Shown here piece after piece: positions 29,653 to 41,044 of a stretch of 64,000 nt of DNA. The stretch lies in contig CAJFCJ010000005.1 in assembly GCA_904063045.1 (NCBI GenBank), positions 1,007,988 through 1,071,987 on the forward strand. The letters run 5' to 3'. The notes below the pieces were generated by a model. The model was not told the origin of the DNA and did not search any database. It saw nothing but the letters and a program-made list of their open reading frames with translations. This DNA is from Dimorphilus gyrociliatus. Its lineage: Eukaryota; Animalia; Annelida. The position numbers and the translations under genes are program-made. Position 1 is the first letter of the stretch, and each line of letters begins with the position of its first letter.

Positions 29653-30111
29653 TCATATGAACTCCCTTTGGTATGAAAAATCACAGTTTGTCACTTCTGA
29701 TAGAGATTCGATAAATTTTAGAGTTTCTTCGCTGCTCTCTAAGCTACTCAGATCAAAATTTTCGCTTTCGTCGCTATCGGAATGTCGTTTTTCGCACCAT
29801 TTTCCCAAACCAGGAGCATTTTCATCGATAAACATTTCACCGGTTGTGGTAAGCATTGTCGTTAAATGCTTTATATAAGCCGCTGCACCTCGTAATATTT
29901 TTTCTTTGGGTATCCTTTTTTCAGATCTCTTTAATAATGGAATTCTATTCTGAAGATCTTTAAAGGCTACATTTAAACCTTCCATTCTCTTCCTCTCTCT
30001 CTGATTTCTCCTAACCACGGATTTTTCAGGCCTCTCCGCATGAGGAATGTACGGACGACGAACCATTCTCTTATTATTCTTTTTTAAGATTTCTTCCGAA
30101 CAAGATAGCAT
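29653..30111 (-). CDS. Single-exon bHLH transcription factor, achaete-scute-related, divergent
   Basis: RRPYIPHAERPEKSVVRRNQRERKRMEGLNVAFKDLQNRIP...KRIPKEKILRGAAAYIKHL. Basic region RNxRERxR; the RPYIPH prefix resembles achaete-scute-like invertebrate bHLHs; acidic Ser-rich C-terminus. Confidence 0.82.
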   Translation of the reverse strand: MLSCSEEILKKNNKRMVRRPYIPHAERPEKSVVRRNQRERKRMEGLNVAFKDLQNRIPLLKRSEKRIPKEKILRGAAAYIKHLTTMLTTTGEMFIDENAPGLGKWCEKRHSDSDESENFDLSSLESSEETLKFIESLSEVTNCDFSYQREFI

Positions 30112-31885
30112 GACGACAACGACGATGATAATGATGATTGCAGCACGTGTCTTCTCAAATGGTCATTGTTCTATTACAAGTCATCGGTATTTGTACTAGC
30201 CGTAAGAGTAGGCGGAGCCTAAAGTCAATTACCTTTGAATGAAGAGCTAATTGCATAGTGCGAGCAGAATCTATAGAAAATTACATAAATTTTTGGGTTT
30301 ACTCTGCGGGTGAACTATAAGATGAAAGAGAGTTTTTGTTTTAAAAAAAAACGAGCTGAAAGAAAATACAAAGCCATTTTTTTCTATGGCTATATTATTT
30401 AAATTGCTATTTTCCCTTTATTTTTGATTAATAGATGGTATCCTTGGCCGGATTTGTGTGATAATAATTCTAATAAAAGATCTGGTCTATATTCTGAAAT
30501 TAATCAGCTCTCTCTCTCTCTCTCTCTCTCTCCCTTTTTTTGTCTATTCAATTATTCTTCAACAGCTTTTCGGTTCTTTTTTTTTATCTTCTCTCTTCTT
30601 GGTGAACTATTCTTCTTTGATTAAAATTAAGGATGAATTCTTATTTGATTATAGGCAAATGCCCCGATTTGAAAGACTTTTTGTAAAAGAGCAAAATTAG
30701 CAAATAAAAAAGACATTAACCTATATTGAGACGTAAGGACCACCTGCGGTGACCATCTGAACGTGTTCCTATGATTACGTCAGGTCCATGCTCCTTGATT
30801 AGAGCACGCTTCCGCCGCCAATCTCTCATCTTACCCCACTTGACCAAGCCTTTTTTCAACAAGATTTTGCGCAAGGACCTATATGGTACTAATTAAAGAT
30901 CCTTTGATTGTTAAGAAGGGTACAAAATATCACACTCCTCCTTATTTATTCTCCGGCTTTTACATTGTTGTTCACCTGCTGCGCGTCGGGCGCCTCCTAA
31001 ACAGAGAGGCGTCCGACTCGAATAAATCCCTTCTACTTAGAAGATAAGTAAATTAGTAGTAAGAGATAAATAAAAATCTTTGACATGAAACGATCTACTC
31101 GTGAATAGGCAACCTAACTATAGAAGATACTTTATCTTCCCTAAAGGTTAATTAATCAGCTACTTAATCTTCTGACTGTAACAATGTTCCTAAGTACATT
31201 CTCTCATTATCTTAAATTCTTCTAGTATTGAATATCATACGCTCCGTGTACTTGTATATACTTTACATAATACAAACTGCAATATATTGTGTATTTTTTA
31301 GTTTGTCCCTGTAAATTTACCTTTTAATTTTTCAAGAGTTTTTGATAAGAAAGAGATACGAAACCGTCCAAAAGTAAACAAAAGACGCCTTTTTTTAAAT
31401 ATAATTTTCTAATGATATATCAATAATTAGTTATTGTTTTTCTGTCTTCTTCATTGTTTTTGTTAAAGATCAAACATTATCCCTTAATTACAGTTCAGTT
31501 GAATGATGACGTCAATCAAATGTAATTATAAGATAAGGTAGCATTACATGTTCTTATAAGTTTTTAAGGAAGAAAACAATGAAAAAGTGAGAAATCAAGA
31601 GATGAAGATAAACAATAAGTACTTTGTTACTGCTGAATATGTTAAAAGAAGGAAAGAAGGAAAGATTAGTTTTAAGGTTTTTATTTAAAGTTTTTTTCAT
31701 CAAATGAAGTTACAATAATAATAATAATAATAATAAAAGTTACTGTCTTAACAGGAAGTGTAAGAATAGGAAGATTGCGAGAAGGCGATGAGAAGATATA
31801 TCATAGAAATTTGAAACATCATTCTCTTCAAGTTCTTCTTTATTATTCAAATGTAGCTTTCTGACAAAAAAATTCTGCAGCATAT

Positions 31886-34800
31886 TTAGATTTGATCCCC
31901 GTAGTTTCTCGACACAACGTTTGTATTAGAGTGTTCGTTTATCTTAATCATCAAGTAAGCCTTGTCTTGGGCTTCCCTTGCCATTTGTTCCCGGAGTACA
32001 ATAACTCTCTTTCGATTTAATTCATTCATCGTTGCATGATAATAAATTCCCAGGCTGTAATTTATTAAAAATGAAACAGATGTCTTATTCTTGATTATCT
32101 GTTGAAATTATTTCGTTATAATTACCATAAACAAACAAATATTAGAGCAACAACTCCAGCCGATCCGATAAACGTAAATATGGCGTCAAAAACTTTGGGA
32201 AAGCCGTCAATTGTTAATGAAACAATTTTAAACGCGCTTGAGTATAATCTGAATGGCCCACAGCCTTTTGATGGAGGAATTCTAAGCAAGGGAAATTAAA
32301 AAAAAAAATAAACGTTTAATAAATAATCCCCCATACACGGACGCCATCTATATGTATTTCGTTAATTTTCCAAATACTTACTGCCATATAATATAACCAA
32401 TTGGAATGCAGCACATTAGAAACGCTGACATTAGTACAACTGTGAAGAAAGTTTGAGATTTAGATGCTTTAACTAGTCTTGTTGATGGAGCGTAATTGAA
32501 TAGACAGGTGAACTGAAAGGTTAATGAAAACAGATTAAAGATATTTGTAAGTAAAACAATAAATTAGAAATGAAAAATATACTTTTTTAATATAAAATAA
32601 GAGGAATGTCTTCACAAATGCAATTGTAGGGATAAGCGGAGAAAAGTATGCTCCTAACCTGTCAGTTTTATAGTATAATCATTAATACGAGTTTTAATAT
32701 TGACTCTATTTAAATTATTATTACAAACCAGCAAAGAGTTTGACCATAAACCAGATCTAGAACGTTTTTGGATATCTCGAATTCTTGCTGACCAACTAGT
32801 TGACTTAATTTGCAGTTACATTTTGTTACGATCAATCTATAAAGATATGCAAGACAATCGATTAAAATGTATAAAAGACGGTGACAATAATTCAAAACAT
32901 ACTTTCTTGGCACTTCCACAAAGAATGTTATAAAAAAGGCGGCAATGAAATCGGTAAGTACAAGCTTATACAATTGCTGCCCAACGTACGATTCCCAGCA
33001 CTGAAATGGTAATGAAAAACCGCCGTAATTAAGGTATGTCACCTAGAACGAGATCTCACCCTTAGCACTGGACAATCGTCTTTCACTCCAACATTACAAT
33101 CATTTGCATCTTTCGGTGAGCATGTCACTTGGCCGTATAACGTTGCCAGGAGAACGGCAACAGAAGCTAGACGTAGAAATACTGTCCTATTTTCATTTCA
33201 AGGGATAGAGGGAGACAAGTGAGAAGAAAACAGAGAAAAATATTATAAAACTATAATCTTATTCAAAGACAAACCTGGCTAATGTCAGTAAAATTTCTGT
33301 ATCTTGTGTATAATTCTCAACAATTACCAGTTTTTGAAAAATCAGAGGTAGAAGCACATTTAGAAAGGTTATACTTAAAGATGGTAAAAATTCAAAGAGA
33401 AGCTTAATGAATTTATTCTTTTCCTCATAATTCGATTGTTCTTTAAGCTATATGATAAAAAAAAACAAGATATTTCTTAATATACCATTATAAACACAAA
33501 AATGAGGAGAGTCAATCTCTTATTATTAGGTTAGTGTGACTAATTAATATACACGTGTTCAAGTTTTATACTCTTTTATCTTTTAGCACTTATAAACTCT
33601 TAAACTATTAGTGATTGGGAATAAAAAAAAATAAAGGAAAGGGGGAAGATGGGGAGATGAGGATGGAATAAGAAATTCCAATATCACTTCATTCATCTGT
33701 AATACATATATCTTTAATCTTTATGATAAAAAGATTAAAGTTCAATTTCAAAACAAAGCACAAAAAAACGAAAAAAAATAAACCACAATCTGTAATATTA
33801 GAAAGCCCTTAACCTCTTTTTTTATATTAAAAAAGTGATATTTTTACTACTTTTTGTTTATTTACTTTTGGGTAATATTACTATATCATTATACTATCGT
33901 TAGGTGTGACCTTTCCGTGCTTTTACTTACGTTAAAGGGATCTTCCTGTGCTGTAATCTATTCGTCATGCATTTTTTAAATTAAGTTTGTCATTATCTTT
34001 TAGTTAATCGCCTATTTAAGTTTACACCTAATTAATCTCTTATAAAAACAAACCAAATATACTGTATAATAATACAATAGTACGCATGCTAACCTCTGTG
34101 GCCTTTGTCATACTGTAATAAATGAGGTATCCAGATCCAGCCAATAATCCAATAACTAAAAAGTTTGCCAGAAATCGAATGGTATAAAGTGCACATTTGG
34201 AAGTGTTCTCTCTCTTTAGTTTTCTTTCTCTCTCTTGGAACGAGGACTGATGAAGGGAAGATAAGATTCAAGATATTTTGTTACAAGCCCTCAATATACA
34301 GTAATTAGTTTGTTAGACACTTACGTTTAATTCGTGAAGTATGGATTTCCGTTTCAAGACTATAGCGTCATCGTCAGTTAAAGAGTAATCCCACGCAGAT
34401 AAGATTAAATTGCAGTACGGATAAAATTGATGTTCTTCACCCAATGCTGCAGTTTTCAATGCACTTGACGCCCTAAAAAATGGTTAAAGGAGAGTTATAT
34501 AGCTACAAGCATTATTATCGTATGACTTACTGTCTGGCCATTAAAATTAAACTCATTATCAAGTAAGCTATAACGACCATAATAAAAGCTAATGGAAGGT
34601 TGTAGGATTGTCCCGCCAATAGATTCTTATCCGAGTAATATCCATGGAAAAGGAGTGTTTTCTCCATCCAGCCCTGTGCAAACATCATAAAATGTTTGTC
34701 TAAGAAGTGGTTCGAGATTAATATAAAAAACTAACGGTTCCTTGAAGAAAATCCAAAACTAATTGAGCTGTATCATTTTTCATAACAACAACAGAATCCT

Positions 34801-36459
34801 TGTATCTTCGACTGCATACTGCAGTAGTACTAGTATCGGACGTTGAGTAATCAACTTTATCATTATAAATAATTTGCGGTATGATTATAAAGCAAAAGCT
34901 GATAAGGAAGATGTATAGATTAAGAAAGAAAAGCCATTTTAAGAAAGCGAAATAAGAAGAGACGGCTGGTCCAAATTGGCCTTCGATAGTTTTTATAGAA
35001 GCTCTCCATATTTCAAAACTTTGAGACACTTCCTTGTATCTGGTTCCAACTTTATTCCAAAACTATTGAACAAAATAGGGCTATTTATGAAATTGTAAAC
35101 GTTTTACACTGTTTATCGGACATTCTCCCTAAACCGAAAAAACGTCGTAAGTTATTAATAACAGCCTTTCATGACGGAATAAATGATGATATAATATTTA
35201 GGAACGTCTAAGCTGTTACTAGCCATATTAAATGCATATATATTCAAGCTAATGGACTGAACAGATGAATTTATTAATAAAGAGAGTTTATTTTGATATC
35301 GTCCAAACTTTAAATAAGTCTTTTACTAAATGACGTCGGCATTCTTTTTAAATATCTTACTAGGAAATGCTTAAAGTATAATTTCGTTTATACTTGTTTA
35401 GTAGCAAAGATAATAACTAGATTATTATCGCCTATGTCATCAAAAGTGCATAAGAAATACTAACCAATTTTTGTCTATTCTTAAAAGCGGCCCAACCTTT
35501 CAGCTTTTTCGAAGAGTCAGTTAACAAATGAGATCTATAAGGGAAAGTAGGAAATTTGGTTTTTTTTCAGGTAAATCGGTGGAGAAAGAGAAAAAAAATG
35601 TAATAAATATCCTAATTAAGTGAACGAAAGAATTTTGAGCGTTTCCCTCCTACGTCTCTACATTATTTATTAACCTGCTCGTTAAAGTAGATACTTTTTC
35701 CACTAGTTTCCCAAACATCTTATGTCTTCGAGTGTTTTTTTGTGAACAGAGAAGATGTTGAGTTTCATCATCCTCCATAGAGGAGAGTAGAGCGTATACT
35801 TTGTCATCGATATTAGTTGAAAATCTTTTCCCGTTGCCCAAAGTCATCAATTTCCTTTGGACATTCTTAAGTTTTGAATCTGTTCTTTTCCTAACTGGTA
35901 GAATCTTTGACGAACTATTTATCTGTGATGAAGAATTCCTCTCTTCTAAATTAATCGTTTCTACTCCATCAGTAGGCGCTGGAAGAACTACACGCGGAGT
36001 AGGAGAAATCCTATTATGATTACTCATTTTCAAGACAAGTTTCACTTCTGAATTCTCCAGCACTTCTGATCATGCAGATGTATAAAACTGCTTACGCAGA
36101 TCGATATCTACCACTACAGCTCACGTTTCTTATCAAGATAAATGGCAGTCCTATCAAAAAATTGTCGTGTTGACCGAACACAATAAGCGAGCATTTAAAA
36201 ACTATAAATTGAATTCATCTATCGATATATCAATATTTCGATTTAGAGTGGTTCTTTCTTAAATTCCTTTCCGCTATTCTATTGGTCTAAAGTAATAGAA
36301 TTTAAAAAAAAAAGCAGGAAAGTTAACCATACAATTTTTCCATTAACATTTATAATAAGTGAACAGTAAGATTAATGTAAAATTCATGTGCAAACCAATA
36401 CATTAATATTGTTTACATTCAAGCAAATAAGATAAATCTATATATGTATAGATATACAG

Positions 36460-36491
<32 letters not shown>

Positions 36492-36597
36492 TCTATAGAA
36501 TATGATCAGAAAGAGCTGGAAAAAGATCAGTAATTTTTCTGCCGTCAAAATCAATTTTTTTTTTATACTTTCATCTTTACCAATCTATTTTTATCCT

Positions 36598-36635
<38 letters not shown>

Positions 36636-38112
36636 TCATTCTCTCTGCTTTGTTTATTAGTTACCATACTACAACAACAAAAAAAATCTTTCAAGTACCA
36701 TATACAGTACAGTTATTTATTATCATGAAACTTATAATACAGTAAAATGTTATACATAGCATTATAATTTCTCTTCAAATATACATAGGATATTTCGTAG
36801 AAAAAATTACCATTAAGTAAATATAGAAGACAAAAATAGGAGAAATATTATAAGTAGATTACTTTACTAACAGTTTGTTAAACAGATTTTTCAATTCTTT
36901 TATTAAGTCAATAAATCAAAGTTTATTCTATAAAAGTAAAGAAAACGCGGCTGTATTATATCACAAAGAATAGTTCCTTATTCATTCACATATAGATATG
37001 TACTATATAATATACACTTTGTATATACGATTACAGTCTTTCTTCGTTTTTCTCTCTCAACACCATATCAGATTATGTAAACATTGACATAAAAATTATT
37101 TTCTTCCCTTTGCCATAGAAGAGAAAAGAATGAAAAGAATGAGGGAGGATGGGAAGGAGTGAGAGAGGGAGAGAGAGAGAGAGCGAGGAAAGAATAGAAA
37201 AATTGATAGTAATTGCATCACATGTAAAAAAAAACAATCAATGCGGAATTTTACATTCAGTATAGTTATTCTATTGTATATCAATTTTCCTATAAACAAT
37301 TAAGTACTTCATTTAAAAAAGAAAGTAACCGAATATATCAATAATGTATTATATATTCTTTATAAGTAATCATATTTTAACTATTTAAGTCTACTAAAGC
37401 AAAATCGTGCAAAAGATATTGGAAATGCACTTGAAAACGTGATAGTTTCTACCACAACTGTTTACATCAGTTTAACATGGAAACCTTAGAGGGATACAAA
37501 TATTTACGTGCTTTAATCATCGTCTCTACTACCCTTATATATTAGACAACCTTCTTTTCTCATTATTCCTAATATATATATATATATTCGTTATCATTGT
37601 CTATATTTTAATATTAAAGAATATTTACGCTGAACGATATTTTGATCAACGCCCAAAATTCTTCGATTATAAAGTATTGATTAGATCTGATAAAGTACTT
37701 GTTTTATAAATAGTTATAATATATTTAAAAAAGTAAGAGATAAGGTACTCTTTTCTCTGTTTTTTTTGTATTACTTGCATGACTAAGCGATGTTAATTAA
37801 TTAAAATATTCTTCTATATCGCTTTTTATCCAATTTTTTTTCACAATACAATATAATTTCACTCTTTGTCAAATAGATAAATCTTATCAGTTAGTAATAG
37901 CAATCTTACTTTAGTATTCTCTTATTGGCTAAAGTTGTTGGTGCACTTCGAACAGCATCGAGAACTTCCAAGTAGTCGGCTTTCCTTAATTTATCAATTT
38001 TCTTTGGATGAAAATACTTTTCGGAAAGTCCTGGACTAACTCTATCAATATCCATATCAATTTTATTCTTCGATTGCGGTCTAACTTGGTTTCTACTCAT
38101 CTTGTCTTGCAT
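31886..38112 (-). CDS. TMC: Transmembrane channel-like protein (probably TMC4-8/TMC7 group)
   Basis: Exons 37910-38112 and 35465-35534, then further exons down to the stop at 31886. Motifs: EIWRASIKTIEGQFGPAVSSYFAFLKWLFFLN, GWMEKTLLFHGYY, YNLPLAF, WDYSL, TMC signature [48 protein letters not shown]. Confidence 0.93.
35675..36027 (-). CDS. Putative alternative first coding exon of TMC (117 aa, MSNHNRISPTPR...LTSR)
   Basis: Open frame from the ATG at 36027 to a phase-2 donor AG|gttaat at 35675, the same phase as the 37910 donor. It splices in frame to exon 35465-35534. No in-frame phase-2 acceptor lies upstream, so it is not a cassette exon. Confidence 0.55.
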
Positions 38113-41044
38113 TTATCAGAGCTGTGCCGAGGACAGAGTTTTTTAATATAAGAATTATAAGATTAAAGTCTGTTTATGGGAATGTTATTGACCACGTAAT
38201 TGATTTGTTTTCTATATTAACCCTGAACTGATATACAATTCAACTAAGCTTTCAACCACTTTAATGTCATTCCTCTATAAATATGAACAATAGTTACAAA
38301 TAAGCCTACAATATAATGAATAAAATAGCTGAATATACGAGGGAAAAAAAGGAAAATCCTTCTATTGGAATTTGAGGGAATGCATTTAAGGTAAAGTTAT
38401 GTAAAAACAAAAATGAATATTCATTAGTAGTATTTAATCCTACTTTGCATAAAAATGAATTTGAATATCTTCTTTCAGAATACATTTTCTAGCATTCTTC
38501 TAATTTGTTTTCTTTCATCAAAATCAATCGATATTCGCCTTATATTTTGGAGAAATCGATTGTTCAGATTTCTGTAAAGCAAAAAACTAAATAATCCTTT
38601 CAGTTGTCATAAGATACTTGAGATTTGTTTTTTTTTTCTCTTAGACGTAAAAAAGCAAATTTGCTTGTCTATTGTTTGTCTATTGTTTAAGGAAGTAGTA
38701 GTTCTTTAATTACTATTACTATTATTATTCAACTTTTTTAAATAAGGAAAATATAAGTCTAAATAGAATGAGACAGTCATGCTATCGATATTCCTTTATA
38801 CAATAAATAACCAAAACAACAATACTAACAATAAATAACCACAGCGAAAGCTTCGCTCAAACACGCTCAGTCTTATATCGAAAGTATAAAATGTCCAAAA
38901 ATGTAAAAATTAGCAAGAACATAAAGAAAGAAGCCTTAATCAATATTAATAAAGTAAAAAATATGGTTTACTTCTTTTCTTGTAGCTTTTATCTTCTTTT
39001 CCGAATTAAAATAGATCAAAATCAATGTTTTTAAGTCTGAAATACACGTAATACACTTTTTCCAAGGCAGGACACGAAGTTGAGTCAAAAGTTCTGTTAG
39101 CTTTTCTCAAAGACTAACCAAGCTCCATACAGAGGGACGTTTTAGTTGACAATATACTGTATGTCTTTTTTGCAGTGCAGGTGAATGATTGATCTACTAA
39201 AATTAGAGCTTGGTGATCCCTACCCCCCACCCCCTTATCAACTATTGGACTAATAATTGCATACAAAAATAGTTTCTATTATATATTGTAACTATGAATA
39301 TTCTTCTCATACCGTTACATTTATCAAATGTTTACGTCTATTTCTCATATCAACGTCAACGTCACTTAATCATTCACAAGCAAACGTTCATTGTAGAGAT
39401 GATAAAGAAGATTATAAACTGCTTTGTCAGGAGAAAAAGTTTAATTCAATTAGTATTATATATTGAATACTACCTACGTAATTTGTTCTCTCACTTTATC
39501 ATGATAAATATGAGTTCTACAATTGAAAATGTAACTTTTAAACAAGTTTTTTAATTAGTTAAGATCTTCAATTTGAATAAAGAACTTTTTAAGTTTGTAG
39601 TTTGTTTGTCATGGGATTTTTAATGACAAAATAATTAGTAGAACGTTAATTTGTATGTAGATTACAAAATTGAAAGTGATGCAAAACTTTTCAAAGCAAC
39701 AAATCGATTAATATGTCTTATTCAATATTTATATATACTCTATATACAGTGTATTACTGCATATGTACAGTATATACATATAAATGTATACTGCATTTGT
39801 GTGTATTTGTATACATCTAATATATATATATATATAAACAGTATATACCTCTCACTCTTATAAAAGGAATATTTACAGTCAAAATAAATTAATATCGATA
39901 CAACCAATACAATATTGTGAACTGTTACGAATTCAATTTATTTAAAGTTTAAATTATTTGTTAACATCAATACCGTCTTTAATTATAGCTGATTATATAG
40001 AATCTATCAATTCATTCCCTATCATTCTTTCCTCCATTTTATATATTGCATAAACATTTATTACATTACGTATTAATAATTTCCAACGTTATTATTTTAT
40101 TATTATAAAGATAAGAAAATTATCTAATTAAGCCCCACCCTCTCTCTCTCTCTCTCTCTCTCTTTCTTTCTCTCTATGTTTATTTATTTATTTCTTGCTT
40201 TCCCTCTCTTTTCTCACAGTTTGCTGCATTAATTAACCTGTATTTGAATCATTCACCCCGTTATCGATTGGTCCTGATATAATACCTTTGATACTTAAAA
40301 ACAGGTTATTATTTAAAGTGTTTGATAGTAATTGTTGTCAATAAATAAGAAGCAATACTTGAGTATTTTGTTATTAAAGATTTCGTTAACAATTTAAGAT
40401 AATCTATTTGTTTTGCGGTTTTAAGAAATACAAGACATCTATCGTTAATTTACCGCCTTGAAAAAAGATAATGAATTAAGCTTTAGGCATTCGATTTTCT
40501 GATAAAATCAATTGAAATTATATTATTTAAGAGTCTCCTATCAATTTTCTCAAAAGCGTCAAATTTTTCTCTAAAACCTGTGCAATTTTCACATCTTCAT
40601 GTTGGCCTCCTTTACTTTTCGATATTTTCTTTTAGGCCATAAACTTTATTGGATTTCTGTATCTACAGTACACGTTTAAATCTATACGCCATCTACTGTT
40701 TTTAATATTATATATCATGAGATTTTCTCCAAAACAACTATTTCCCTCTGTCATGTCCATTAATCCCTTCAGAATTTATTTTATCTTTACAACAACCTTT
40801 TATGCACTCAATTAATAAAATACTTTTATGGTAAATAAGAAGGGAAAACATCCCATTTTTCTTATTTTCTAAATTAGTCATTGCTTCCTTATCGTCAACT
40901 GATAAGATAACAGTTCTAAACTACAGTTTGGGACATTCGATTAAATATGACGATTAAGGGAATATCAACTACAGCTTTAGGTTAGAGTTTAAGATCTGGA
41001 AAATTGTTAAATTGTTTCAGCTTTAATTTTCTATTTTCCTGCAG

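Noticed and set aside
38485-39520. Exon-like segments on the minus strand upstream of TMC
   Set aside because: I could not join them into a consistent open frame; they may be UTR exons or noise.
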